A DNA stretch of 63,933 nucleotides, filler included, from Octopus bimaculoides (lineage: Eukaryota): NCBI RefSeq assembly GCF_001194135.2. It is 3 parts of 3 records of this genome, joined end to end, with 100 filler letters (N's around TTAATTAATTAA, not from the genome) between each part and the next. Parts side by side here need not be neighbours in the genome. Positions count along the whole stretch, not along the records: positions 1 to 31,532 come from NC_068984.1; positions 31,633 to 54,933 come from NC_069003.1; 1 more part is not named here. One strand, written 5' to 3'. The notes beneath the pieces are model-generated. The model made no database searches and was not told the origin of the DNA. It saw nothing but the letters and a program-made list of their open reading frames with translations. Both the position numbers and the translations under genes were made by a program. How positions within the stretch are numbered: the first letter of the stretch is position 1; every line of letters starts with the position of its first letter. This document shows, one piece after another, positions 25,126-38,719 of this stretch.

Positions 25126-25587
25126 TGTTCTATGTGATGAGGAGAAACTAATACCATTTAGCAATCTAGAAAGAAAAAAAGACCAACACACGAATAACTA
25201 GTATTACCTACATTATTCTTGAGAGTGACAAATTCATAGAAACGTGGTCAGGTGACCCAGAATAAAGAAGTCAAAGGAAGAAGACTGAGTGTCAGAACAT
25301 TTAATCCATAAACATGAGTGCGACAACGAACACTTTGTTTCGCTCGAGGGCTCGTCAGAAACCACTTGTGTTTTCTGGTTTAGTTTGTCACATAGAGAAC
25401 CAAAGATGTAAAGATTGAGAAGGACTATATGGTCGAAAGAAAGCTACACCAGTAGGTGGCAGTAAAGCGGCGAGTGGGTTGTGTGTGGTGTTATTAAGGC
25501 CTGCAACGAAGCCTCAAAGGGGGTGAGGATAGTGTTGAATAAGGGGATAGTGCCGGCATATCCCTCTTTACACTTTGGTTTTCCTGC

Positions 25588-26090
25588 GGGCACATGACAC
25601 AGTGGTTAGAGCGCCGGGCTTACAATCATGAGGTAGTGAGCTCGATTCTCGGACCGGGTTGGGTGATGTCTTCTTGAGCAAGACACTTTATTCATGTTGC
25701 TCCAGTTTACTCAGTTGTAGAAATGAGTTGCAACGTCAATGGTGCCAAGCTGTATCGGCCCCTTTGCCTTTCCCTTGGATAACATCGGTGGCGTGGAGTG
25801 GGAAGGCTGGTAGGCATGGGCGACTGGTGGTCTTCCATAAACAACCTTGCCTGGACTTGTACCTCGGAGGGGAACTTTCTAGGTGGAAAGTGGAGCATTC
25901 CAGGGAGATTCAGCGTGACAAAAAGTGTGACGAGGCTGGCCCCTTGAAATACTACTCCTTTTTGCCAGCTGAGTGGAATGGAGCACCATGAAATAAAGTG
26001 TCTTGCTAAGGGACACAACGCACCGCCGGGAATTGAACTCATGACTACATGACCGTGAGCCGAATATCCTAACCATTAAGTCATGCGCCT
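25588..26090. mobile_element. SINE family C (+, 25588-25895), family D fragment (-), family C head (-, 25955-26090)
   Basis: Plus head CAGTGGTTAGAGCG/CTCGATTCTC; minus head CCTAACCATTAAGTCATGCGCC. Confidence 0.75.
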
Positions 26091-27179
26091 TCACACACAT
26101 ACATACATACATANNNNNNNNNNNNNNNNNNNNNNNNNNNNNNNNNNNNNNNNNNNNNNNNNNNNNNNNNNNNNNNNNNNNNNNNNNNNNNNNNNNNNNN
26201 NNNNNNNNNNNNNNNNNNNNNNNNNNNNNNNNNNNNNNNNNNNNNNNNNNNNNNNNNNNNNNNNNNNNNNNNNNNNNNNNNNNNNNNNNNNNNNNNNNNN
26301 NNNNNNNNNNNNNNNNNNNNNNNNNNNNNNNNNNNNNNNNNNNNNNNNNNNNNNNNNNNNNNNNNNNNNNNNNNNNNNNNNNNNNNNNNNNNNNNNNNNN
26401 NNNNNNNNNNNNNNNNNNNNNNNNNNNNNNNNNNNNNNNNNNNNNNNNNNNNNNNNNNNNNNNNNNNNNNNNNNNNNNNNNNNNNNNNNNNNNNNNNNNN
26501 NNNNNNNNNNNNNNNNNNNNNNNNNNNNNNNNNNNNNNNNNNNNNNNNNNNNNNNNNNNNNNNNNNNNNNNNNNNNNNNNNNNNNNNNNNNNNNNNNNNN
26601 NNNNNNNNNNNNNNNNNNNNNNNNNNNNNNNNNNNNNNNNNNNNNNNNNNNNNNNNNNNNNNNNNNNNNNNNNNNNNNNNNNNNNNNNNNNNNNNNNNNN
26701 NNNNNNNNNNNNNNNNNNNNNNNNNNNNNNNNNNNNNNNNNNNNNNNNNNNNNNNNNNNNNNNNNNNNNNNNNNNNNNNNNNNNNNNNNNNNNNNNNNNN
26801 NNNNNNNNNNNNNNNNNNNNNNNNNNNNNNNNNNNNNNNNNNNNNNNNNNNNNNNNNNNNNNNNNNNNNNNNNNNNNNNNNNNNNNNNNNNNNNNNNNNN
26901 NATAAACGCACACATATGTACGTTTGTGAATGTGTGTGTGTGTGTGTGTGTGTGTGAGCGACGCGCACGTATGTGTGTGTGCGTGTATGTGCATGGGTAT
27001 GCTCTGGTATGTGTATTCACAGTAGAAAATTGGATTCATAGAATCAAACAAAACTCACAGTAAACATCCCCACAAGGAACCGGCTATCAGCTAACAGATT
27101 AATTGAATTACGACGCAGTGTAATATGTCCATATTGCTGAAAATCCAGGATATACGAGCAATAAATATTTCCACGAGGA

Positions 27180-27920
27180 ATGTATGTATGTATGTGTCTA
27201 TTTGTGTATGTATGTGTATGTATGTATGTATGTATGTATGTATGTGTATATGTGTATGTATGCATGTATGTATGTATGCATGTATGTGTATGTGTATGTA
27301 CGTATGTATTTATACATGTATGCATGTATTTATGTATGCCTGTATGTATGCGTGCATGTATGTATGTATGTATGTATGTATGTATGTATGTATGTATGTA
27401 TCTATATGTATGTATTNNNNNNNNNNNNNNNNNNNNNNNNNNNNNNNNNNNNNNNNNNNNNNNNNNNNNNNNNNNNNNNNNNNNNNNNNNNNNNNNNNNN
27501 NNNNNNNNNNNNNNNNNNNNNNNNNNNNNNNNNNNNNNATGTATGAATGTATATATGCATGGATGCATGTATATATGCTTGTATGTATGTATGTATATAT
27601 GTATGTGTGTGTATATGTATGTATGCACATATCTGTGTGTAAGTATGGATGTATGTATGTGCGTATGTATGTATTTATGTATGAATTGATAGATAGATGT
27701 ATATATGTATGTAAGTAGGTAGGTATGGATGTATGTATTCATCTATGTATGAATGTGCGTTTGTGTGTGTATGTATGTATGCATGTATGTATGTATGCAT
27801 GCATGTATGTATGCATGTATGTATGTATGTATGTATCCATGAAGTATGTATGCATGCATGTATGTATGTATGTATGTATGTATGTATGTATGTATGTATG
27901 TATCTATATGTATGTATTTG
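27180..27920. repeat. Degenerate (ATGT)n microsatellite
   Basis: Direct reading. Confidence 0.9.
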
Positions 27921-27949
27921 CGCACGCAAATGATTACTTTCTTCCCAGA

Positions 27950-28340
27950 AAGCGGCCATATCATGGCCGAAGCGAGATAAACATAGCATAAGATTTATGA
28001 GAAGCAATTTCTAGACTAAATTTTGTCTGTCTTCAAACAGTTTAGTGCAGGATGTTTGTTGACCCTCTGAGGCAGATAAAAATTGATTGATACCCGACAG
28101 AGAAAATATTAGCAGGAGAGGAATTACAGCGAATTTTGTAAGTCTGGGATAAATACTCGTTTAAAGTGTTTGAGTTTGTAGCTATGATGTGAGACAATGG
28201 AGGGCTGAAGAGAAAAAAGCGATTTGAGGAGAATTTTGGGGGAAATCAAATGAAAGTGGTACACGGCTTAATCAGAGAATGAAGGGTAGTCTCCGTGCAT
28301 TTAAAGGGTTTCCCACATTAGAGAGAGAGGAAAAAGGGAA
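27950..28340 (-). mobile_element. Decayed CR1/L2-type LINE 3' end
   Basis: Frameshifted minus-strand reading FIPRLTK..NSSPANIFSVGY...RVNKH resembles the CR1/L2 C-terminal FIPR---LWNSLP----P--YN---FK-RVN motif. Confidence 0.4.
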
Positions 28341-28379
28341 GGAAGAAACTATAATTCCTCAGTTTCAGATGTTTATTTT

Positions 28380-28605
28380 GTCTTTTGTCTTTTAGATGTT
28401 TCAATCATTGGATTGCGGCCGTGCTGGGGCACAGCGTTGAAGAATTTTTAGTCGAATGAATCGATTCCGGTACTTATCTTTTTCTTCTCTTTAACTTGGT
28501 GCTTATTCTATCGATTGTTTTGCCGAACCACTAAGTTACAGAAACGTAAACACACCAACGCCGGCAGTCAAGCGGTGGTGGGGGACAAACACACTCACAC
28601 ACACA
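28380..28605 (-). mobile_element. SINE family A tail half
   Basis: TGTTTCAATCATTGGATTGCGGCC...CCGAACCACTAAGTTAC...GGGGGACAAACAC. Confidence 0.75.
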
Positions 28606-29714
28606 TTTTAATTGCAAATCTTTGATCAGATCCTCAAAATTAATCTTACGTAACATGTCTGCTTCTATACAAAACAGAGATAAGGCATCTCGAATATTAT
28701 TTTAGCAAGTTTAAAGTAATTACTTTTGTGCCGTAGACTATTTACCATTTCCGTGGTACCTCCCTTCCTCTGATGTCCTAAGCACGTGCTTATTTTGCTT
28801 AATGGGTTAATCCAGTGCTGGCTGTGGGCAACTTATACTCTGCCTTACATCTGCTAGTTGAACCTCTTCAGTCACGGATAAAAAAGTAAAACTATTTTTT
28901 AATTATAAACCTCTGAGCGAGGTATAGGACACAGAAAGTGTGTCAATAGCCAGCTGGAGGAGGTGTCTTCCTGGGGTTACAAGCTACAGTAGCATCCATC
29001 TTTAAGGGTTAGCCACATTTAAGTGGCAAATATACTTCACGATATTTTTTAATTCTTATTTTTTTTATTTATACCAAAATAAATAACACATATTGAGTAA
29101 AATTTTAAAGAACTCAGTATTCAATATGCTTAATTTTTGGCATGGAGAAATGAAAATTTTGCTAACACTAGGTAAAAAAGAAAAAAATACCAATTTACTT
29201 ACTACATCTGTGAGATTTACGAGACGACGCAGCCATCTTCTATGACTTGTGAGCAAACATGGAGTCTGAATCACGTGGTCTTGGTTATATATGCGTTTTA
29301 GAGGTGTCCTATGAATTGGTAAGTGTGATTCAATTATAATTTATATTTGTTTTGTGATTTATGTCGAAAACGTGGCCAATACATTGGATAAAATGACTGG
29401 AAGTAGAATATACGAGATTGATTGAGAAGAAACTGACAGAACAAGTTCTGATTGAAGAATTTGGAGTTGTTGTTGTCTAGCTCCGATTCAGCAGACATTC
29501 AGCAGATCATAGACATTCTCTCCGTGGCCATCCTGTCTGTTCAACCATAGTTTCTCTCAGGCCGCGATGACCAATAAGTCTTTCAGTTTAATTTCCAAAC
29601 AGTTTGGGTGTAAATTCATGGATGACTTGGTTGCTATTTCTAGCAAGCTCAGTGATCTCATAGAAACCCCATTATTTTTTTTGAGAATGGAGACGTTATT
29701 ATTATTTAGTTCTG

Positions 29715-29915
29715 TAAAGCGGCGAGTTGGCAGAGTCGCTACCGCGACGAACTAAATGCTTAGCGAAATTTCGTCCGTCTTTACGTTCTAGGTTCAAATT
29801 CCACCGAGGTCGAACTTTACCTTTTATCCTTGCGGGGTCGATAAAATAAGTACCAGTCGAGAACTGGGGTCAATGTAGTCAAGTAACCATCCCCCCCCCA
29901 AATTTCAAGCCTTGT
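29715..29915 (+). mobile_element. SINE family B
   Basis: GCGGCGAGTTGGCAGAG...GGTTCAAATTCC...GGGGTCGATAAAATAAGTACCAG. Confidence 0.8.
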
Positions 29916-30781
29916 ACTTTGTTTAACTTTAGGTCAATAATGATCGGACAACTTTATAATCAAAGGCGTTTCGGCCCCGACCGACCAACCAACCAACCAA
30001 CCAGCCAACCTTTCATTTAAACAGTGTATCTGAGACTACATCATCGAATGTGCCCTGCATTAAAAATGACAGTTGTGTGTTATTTGAGGACGATTTAACT
30101 GCTACTTTTAGCAGGTCGAGTGACAACGTAGAGGCTCCGTTGTTTCATGTCATTGTTCTTGGTTACTGTGTGCGTGCGTGCGTGTGTGAGCATGCTTGTG
30201 TGTGTGTGTGTGTGTGTGTGTAGACGAGATAATGACGAAGTGGAGACGGCATAACATTAATAAGTAACATGCAGAGGATGAAGTACGAACATAAAGGCAT
30301 GCGCACACACGTCTACACCCACCCACACACACACAAGCATGTACATACACAGATATTCTTTTGCTAGTTCCAATTAAAAAAGACAACCACAGCAAAAGAC
30401 AAGAAAAAAACGACAGAATTGAATTATGGGCGGAATCTAAAATAACAGTCAAATCTCCATCAAATCACGCTGCAACTGTCTCGACAGAGAAAGGGTTTTG
30501 TGATGGCGGCGGCGGCGGCGGCGGTGGTGGTGGGAATTCGCAACCGTAATTATTTATTTAGCGTCGAGTTTGCAACATCTCTCATCAACTTCCGCTTCTC
30601 TCCTGCTTGTCACTGTCTCTTTTGTTCGAGTCTGTGTTTTGAATGGCGAGAAGAAGAGAGCAGAGGNNNNNNNNNNNNNNNNNNNNNNNNNNNNNNNNNN
30701 NNNNNNNNNNNNNNNNNNNNNNNNNNNNNNNNNNNNNNNNNNNNNNNNNNNNNNNNNNNNNNNNNNNNNNNNNNNNNNNNN

Positions 30782-30918
30782 AGAGTGGAAACGCGAGGAT
30801 GACGAAGAAGAAGAAGAAGAAGACGAAGAAGAAGATGATGAAGGAAGAAGAAGAAGGAGAAGAAGAAGAAGATGAAGAAGAAGAAGAAGAAGAAGAAGAA
30901 GAAGACGGAGAAGAAGAA

Positions 30919-30950
<32 letters not shown>

Positions 30951-31470
30951 AGAAGAAGCGGAAGAAGAAGAAGAAGAAGAAGAATGAGGAGGAGAAAAAG
31001 GAGGAGGAGAAGAAGGAGGAGGAGAAGAAGTAGAAGATGATGATGAAGGAAGAAGAAGATGATGATGAAGGAAGAAGAAGAAGAAGAAGAAGAAGAAGAA
31101 GGAGAAGAAGAAGAAGAAGAAGAAGAAGAAGAAGAAGAAGAAGAAGAAGGAGAAGAAGGAAAAGAAGAAGAAGATGATGATGATGATGAAGGAAGATGAA
31201 AAAGATGAGAAGGAAGAAGAAAGAAGGAAGAGGAGAATAAGAAGGATTAGAAAAAGAAAAAGATAAGAAGGAAGAAAGAAGGAAGACGAAGGAGAATGCA
31301 AAGTATTAAAAGAAGAAGAAGACAATGAAGAAAAAGAATAAGAAGAAAAAGAAGAAAGAGGAGAATGCAAAATATTAAAAGAAGAAAAGGAAGAAGAATT
31401 AAAAGAAGAATTAGTGGAAGAATTAGAAGATAAAGAAGAAATTGTAAGCACAATAGAGATTATAGGGTAG

Positions 31471-31532
<62 letters not shown>
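30782..31532. repeat. Purine-rich (GAA)n-based low-complexity tract followed by (GA)n
   Basis: Direct reading. Confidence 0.9.
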
Positions 31533-31860
31533 NNNNNNNNNNNNNNNNNNNNNNNNNNNNNNNNNNNNNNNNNNNNTTAATTAATTAANNNNNNNNNNNN
31601 NNNNNNNNNNNNNNNNNNNNNNNNNNNNNNNNATATATATATATATATATATATATAACCAAGGGATACTAGAATTAGTGTGTCAGGTGAAAAACATTGT
31701 TGCGTTTCGCTCTGTTTTAGTTATGGTTGCGTAGGAGACGAAATCACAAGCATGGTATAGTCCAATGACCGAACTGAATGAAAGAAAAGGTGGGTGGGGA
31801 AACTGTCACATTTGTATAATCAGTCATATTCGCTCTAGCCGATTGGACGACTTCCTATAT

Positions 31861-32410
31861 CAGTTGTTCTCAACCATTCTTTACTTATGAACCCCCTTTG
31901 ATTACTATTGTATTCTGGTGGACCCCCATAGCTATTCGATGTTTAAAAACTAGTTTTATAAATACTTTTTTCCAAATTCCTATCTTGCTTTTTCTCTCAT
32001 TAACTTGTGTAGATTAAACTAAGTCAAACGTTAGAGAATGAAACCTGGCTGTTTCTTGCAATACATACCAATAAATACATCTAAAGCAGGGTTTCTGAAC
32101 CATTTTTTATCTATATACCCCTTTGATTACTATTTTATTCTGGCAAGCCTCTATAACCATTCGATGTTTAAAAATTAGTTCCTATTTTCTTTTATCCAAA
32201 TTCCTGTTTTGTTTTTCACATGTTCACTTGTGGAGGTTGAACTATGTAAAACGTAAGAGAAGAAACCGAGCTGTTTATTGCAATAGATGCATCTAGACCA
32301 AAGATTTTATTTTTCATGGACATTTAATATACTACTGTGAATCCCCAACTTACTAATTTGCTTGTGTAGACCTCTAAAAATCTTATATGGACCCCAGTTG
32401 AGAACCACTG
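31861..32410. mobile_element. hAT (Charlie-like) MITE with duplicated left half
   Basis: TIRs CAGTTGTTCTCAAC / GTTGAGAACCACTG; imperfect 8-bp TSD TCCTATAT / TCGTAGAT; second left-end-like unit starts at 32087. Confidence 0.8.
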
Positions 32411-32499
32411 TCGTAGATACTTTATACTAAGTTGATTTCCCTAAATCAATGATGGTGAACCATTTAAAAAAAAACTGCATCATTAGCGATAATCTACAA

Positions 32500-34200
32500 A
32501 AAAAATCCTCAAATATTCCTCGCATACCTGCGGAAAGTTTTCAGCAACAATTTATTATTATATTTGTATTTTACAAATAATATTTTGGAGATTTTATTAA
32601 TGATACTTGAAACCATCATTAATAAAATCTGCTTTGAAAATAACGGGAATAGAATTCAAAGATTTTAGAACCGAATTTTTTGCCTGTTTTTTCTCTACAA
32701 TAATCACTTAGCGATCATTTTCAATGTTTTCTGATTCGTCTATTGAGTTTACAAATTTTCATCTCCAATTTGAAAAGTTTGGAAATCAACTTAAATTACA
32801 ACTTAAATCAACTTAAATTACAACTTAAAATCATCCAAGTCAATCCACTTGGTACATTTACAGGTTGAGTGCGCTGAATATTTGTTTTAAGCGTGAATTT
32901 GAAACATATGTCCTTTTTTTTTCACCTTGGAAAATATTTAAAACAGCCTTTGTCAACATCTTATCGGGAAACATTTAGTTTGATTTCAAAGGCTTTATAT
33001 ACTCAAACATAATACCAAGTGTGCAAACAAATGCCAGTAAAGTGGTGTTTAAATAATCATAATGTACAAAGAAATCTATAGAATAACAACAATCATTGAT
33101 CTACTAATTCATACGACATTAAATCACTCTTGACAAGAAAACTGTTCATTTGACAATAAGAGATGGATTTCATTCAAATAATCATGAAAACAGAATTTCA
33201 GATAAACTAATGGACATTGTTGTAGTGAAGTCATCCTATATTCCAGTTTTTTTCTTCACTCAGAAAATTCTGAAATGCTCTTCTCCGAAAGTACGCATAA
33301 ATATAAAAGTAGCTGCGTTGGTTACAATTTTAATCACATCTTCAAATTTCTTAAGGTCATCTTTTGTTCACGATACCCTTCTATGTATAATACAATGAAA
33401 ACCTACCAGTAGATGCCCAACGCATTTTGAAAAGTAAATTTATAAAACAGCCTTTCTAGGAGTATCAGTTGTCACAGCAACTGTTTTTCAAAAATCGGTA
33501 TAGCAATTAGATAAATGATTTCACCGCCTTAAACATTTCAGCCCCTGTGGAATTCTCGGGTGACGTTACCTAGTTAAATAGTTCTTAGCATGTTTCACTA
33601 CCACGACAAAATCCAAAACAGTAGCCTATCTGCAAGTTAACACAAGATCAATGATCACATTTGAACAACTTGAAAAGCGTTTACATAAACCAGTATCTTT
33701 TGTTCGAGGAGCTGATATATTTGAATTCATCGTTAACATTCTAATTTTTACTGTTTTTAGTCAGTAGCAAGGCCTAATATACCGAATATCATTTGTCATT
33801 TTTCCTTTTCTTGAAAAACATCAAAAAAAGGAGGGTGCAAACTCTAGTTATGGTTCTTGAATATACATTCTATCATTGAGGCGTTTCCCAAATTGTGCGA
33901 TAATGTGTGAAATCTAAAAACTAACAGCAGCCATGCTGGAACTGCTTGAAGCAAATTCCATCACACGTTAAGTGTCTTCGTTTTATTCTTATTCACTCTT
34001 ATCACAAAACCAGCTGTGAACATTTTCGTTATGCCGTTTTACAGAGAAAGTCTTGCACACATCCCACATTCTGGTACATAGGTTACGTAGTGCTTTATCA
34101 GCCTCTTTTGATCAAGCCAAATCGCTCACTTCATATATCTTGGAGAACACTGCTGCAACTTCCGTCATCTGAATATTTTCGTTTCTTCGGTGGTTGAGTT
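32500..34200 (-). pseudogene. Decayed hAT transposase (GTF2IRD2/ZBED8/SPIN-like)
   Basis: Minus-strand fragments: KKRKYSDD at the N-terminus, TGAEMFKAVKSF, FHCIIH (33383-33400), LHYNNV with decayed RWLS (~33200-33230). Many stops and frameshifts. Confidence 0.75.
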
Positions 34201-37200
34201 GACATTCTGAAGATGCTGAACCAGTAATGGCAATTGAAATCAATAACTGCCATAAGCTTAGATATGATAATATACCATGCCACGATATACCACCCTGAGT
34301 TCAGAACGGTGAACTAATTTGATATAAATGTATATGCTCATTTATGTAATTTCAAAGCGACAATTTACCAAAAGTAATTTATGAGTAATTCAAGCAGAAT
34401 AACCGCGAACCATCAAAAGTTCTTAATTTTAATGGGGAACATAAACTTTCTAAAATATTTGGTATAAGGTAAGTTTGGAAATCATAATAATATTGAAAAC
34501 AATATGCTGACATTTTAATAGTAATTAAGATGAATATACCCAAAACGACTGCATAGTTTATACAGAGACGATAATTAATACTTTATATTAACTATAACTC
34601 ATTGTGCAATCAAACCGACTTCTCAGCAGCTGTAGTTACTAACAAAAGCGAACAGAGACAAAAGTGGGGAAGAAAAGTCTAAGTGTATATGTCAATTGTC
34701 TTAAAATTTGTATGTCGTAGTTATGGTCTCCAGCTAAAGTATGTATGGGTATGTGCAAGTATGTATGTATGTATGTATGTATCAATAGTCGTTTAAGAAT
34801 TAACGAGCGGGGAATTTTGGGTATTTGTATTGGCCAATAGAGCAGGTATATTAATATTAATACAATACAGTATTATAAATCTACTTCCATCGATTTTAAC
34901 AATCGGCTTTTCACTCGTAGCCATGTACCTACATCTGTATGTTTAATGTATATACGTACATTATAGATTGTTTGGTATGTGTATATATTGCTAAATGTAT
35001 ATGTAATCTAGCGTCAAAATTTTTTAAACGGATATATCTTTTAATTTATTAATTTATTATCTATTTTTACAGCTAATTATTTACCCTGGGTATCCAAGCC
35101 TTTTTCCTTCTTTATAAGCTATTTTCGAATTAAAGATTTCTTCGATTTTTATAATACTATGATTTAAAACCGGAATTTGTTATTTCATGCAACCGGTTAT
35201 TGGAAAGACTGTTAGTTGAAAGCACCAATGAAACAGCACCATTTTCAAATGTGTATCTATCAAAGTAATTATATTTCTGCATATAACTTTATTTTGCTCC
35301 ATTCTATACAAAACTCTCCGATGAACGGAAACGTAAAACACTGAGTAACAATTTTTGTGACATTTTTTCTGCTTTTTAATGAAGTATATACATATATATG
35401 TATGTATGTATGTATGTATATATGTATANNNNNNNNNNNNNNNNNNNNNNNNNNNNNNNNNNNNNNNNNNNNNNNNNNNNNNNNNNNNNNNNNNNNNNNN
35501 NNNNNNNNNNNNNNNNNNNNNNNNNNNNNNNNNNNNNNNNNNNNNNNNNNNNNNNNNNNNNNNNNNNNNNNNNNNNNNNNNNNNNNNNNNNNNNNNNNNN
35601 NNNNNNNNNNNNNNNNNNNNNNNNNNNNNNNNNNNNNNNNNNNNNNNNNNNNNNNNNNNNNNNNNNNNNNNNNNNNNNNNNNNNNNNNNNNNNNNNNNNN
35701 NNNNNNNNNNNNNNNNNNNNNNNNNNNNNNNNNNNNNNNNNNNNNNNNNNNNNNNNNNNNNNNNNNNNNNNNNNNNNNNNNNNNNNNNNNNNNNNNNNNN
35801 NNNNNNNNNNNNNNNNNNNNNNNNNNNNNNNNNNNNNNNNNNNNNNNNNNNNNNNNNNNNNNNNNNNNNNNNNNNNNNNNNNNNNNNNNNNNNNNNNNNN
35901 NNNNNNNNNNNNNNNNNNNNNNNNNNNNNNNNNNNNNNNNNNNNNNNNNNNNNNNNNNNNNNNNNNNNNNNNNNNNNNNNNNNNNNNNNNNNNNNNNNNN
36001 NNNNNNNNNNNNNNNNNNNNNNNNNNNNNNNNNNNNNNNNNNNNNNNNNNNNNNNNNNNNNNNNNNNNNNNNNNNNNNNNNNNNNNNNNNNNNNNNNNNN
36101 NNNNNNNNNNNNNNNNNNNNNNNNNNNNNNNNNNNNNNNNNNNNTTTAATGAAGTATATACATATATATGTATGTATGTATGTATGTATATATGTATGTA
36201 TGTATATAGGTATGTATGTATATTTTTTATAAGTATATACATGTATAAACAACTATGGATACATACATCCATCTCCTCATCCAGCTTTCGTTACTCGGAT
36301 TAAAATATTTTCGGCGTTTGGAAAACGTTAGTATCTGAGGTCAAGGGAAAACGCCGGCTACGAAGAAATATGGATACAAATATAGAAAGCCTGCAGTAAT
36401 GACTAATATCATCTCACACGGATAATTGTTCTGAGGAGCTTTCACCCAAGTGAACATCCCCGTAGCAGGCGATACCAATTCACGAAATTCTCGATTGCAA
36501 ACCAGTGAAATTGCCAAAAGTATTTTCCCTTGTTAATAGGTATAAACTCCATGTTGGTTCCCTTACATGTTAGTAGTTAACCTTGTGACTCGACCACATT
36601 ACCTGAGTGGACCAATAAGAAATGATCTAGAGCGACCATTCAAAAGATTCCATTTACGAACGATTTGAGTAAATAGACATCATTCAGATCATCTATTTAT
36701 GAAATACATAGCAACCAACCCATTGGTATTCTACATGAATACGAATCTTTGGGTAATATGAGTGAATCACTCTGTGTTTGTGTGTGTGCGTGCGTGTGCG
36801 TGCGTGCGTGTGTGCATGTGTGCGTGCGTGCGTGCGTTTGTGCATGTGTGTATGCGTGTGTGCATGTGTGTGTGTGTGTGTGTGTTTTATGTGTGTACAT
36901 TTATGTACCCACGCAAATTTTCTCTCGCACGAAAACACACGCGCATACACACGCCGCACGCAATTACATGCACGCACGTACGCGTACACAACACACACGC
37001 TCGCAAACACACACACACACATATGTGCAGTTTCTATAATTCAATTAAGAATGTAAATTCTTGCCATTAGTAAAAAGTGACATCTCGGATACATTAGATT
37101 ATTTATACATAAGTTGGTGAGTAAGCATACTCACTTGGGGAATTTCACCTGTTTCATTCATGAAACGACGGATATACGAAACCAACCAACTTCCCTTAAT

Positions 37201-38719
37201 CAATCACTCATACGCATTCGAGCACACAAACATGTAAGTATATGTACACACACACATAGACACACACACACACACACACACACACANNNNNNNNNNNNNN
37301 NNNNNNNNNNNNNNNNNNNNNNNNNNNNNNNNNNNNNNNNNNNNNNNNNNNNNNNNNNNNNNNNNNNNNNNNNNNNNNNNNNNNNNNNNNNNNNNNNNNN
37401 NNNNNNNNNNNNNNNNNNNNNNNNNNNNNNNNNNNNNNNNNNNNNNNNNNNNNNNNNNNNNNNNNNNNNNNNNNNNNNNNNNNNNNNNNNNNNNNNNNNN
37501 NNNNNNNNNNNNNNNNNNNNNNNNNNNNNNNNNNNNNNNNNNNNNNNNNNNNNNNNNNNNNNNNNNNNNNNNNNNNNNNNNNNNNNNNNNNNNNNNNNNN
37601 NNNNNNNNNNNNNNNNNNNNNNNNNNNNNNNNNNNNNNNNNNNNNNNNNNNNNNNNNNNNNNNNNNNNNNNNNNNNNNNNNNNNNNNNNNNNNNNNNNNN
37701 NNNNNNNNNNNNNNNNNNNNNNNNNNNNNNNNNNNNNNNNNNNNNNNNNNNNNNNNNNNNNNNNNNNNNNNNNNNNNNNNNNNNNNNNNNNNNNNNNNNN
37801 NNNNNNNNNNNNNNNNNNNNNNNNNNNNNNNNNNNNNNNNNNNNNNNNNNNNNNNNNNNNNNNNNNNNNNNNNNNNNNNNNNNNNNNNNNNNNNNNNNNN
37901 NNNNNNNNNNNNNNNNNNNNNNNNNNNNNNNNNNNNNNNNNNNNNNNNNNNNNNNNNNNNNNNNNNNNNNNNNNNNNNNNNNNNNNNNNNNNNNNNNNNN
38001 NNNNNNNNNNTATATATATATATATATATCATGGATGGCCAAACTTGCTTAATATAAGAACCACATTCGATAAAATTCAGATGTTTGAGAGCCGCAAGAC
38101 ATGAACAAAATTTTACGCATATGTTTTTGTTACATAAAAATTTTGTTACAAAAATTCGATATAAATATCAAGAAATACATGTATGCAACAATATTTAGGC
38201 ATGTTCGCAGTTTTGTAAACTGTTAATTTGTATTGGTTTCAGTAATAAAAATTTACACATATATATACCAGATGTTTTCATTCAAAATCTTGACTGACGA
38301 TTGTTTTAACAATATTCAGCATATTTAATACGGTAATGAACTACGGGAACTTCTAAGAAAAATGTGCGATTTTGCATTTCAGTAACATAAAATTAGACTG
38401 CAAAAAATAACACTAAAAAGGGAAAATTTATATCTGGTCAAAACATGGAAGAAAAGGAGAAAAAACATATATGCGTTTATGAATTTGTGTGGAAGGTTCT
38501 TGATGTGAAACCATGTGTGACAAAAAATTTCCGGACAAGGGACATAAGATGAAATAAGAAGAGTAATAAACGAATGCAAAACGAATATATAGTTCGTGTG
38601 CTTATTTGAAAAAAAAATGACTGTCCCGATATACAAAAATATCTATTGCAACACACGGTTTTACATCAGGAATCTTGCAACACAAATTCATAGACTAATA
38701 TATATATATNNNNNNNNNN

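Noticed and set aside
30361-30549. 62-aa ORF ending in poly-G, preceded by a possible acceptor
   Set aside because: No recognisable homology and no partner exons identifiable; cannot be distinguished from chance.
31577-31588. TTAATTAATTAA island between N runs (also at 54978-54989)
   Set aside because: Identical 12-mer with stops in all six frames embedded in gaps; an artificial scaffolding linker, not biology.
35364-36200. Identical ~55-bp sequence on both sides of an N gap
   Set aside because: Most likely overlapping contig ends around a mis-sized gap rather than a true duplication.
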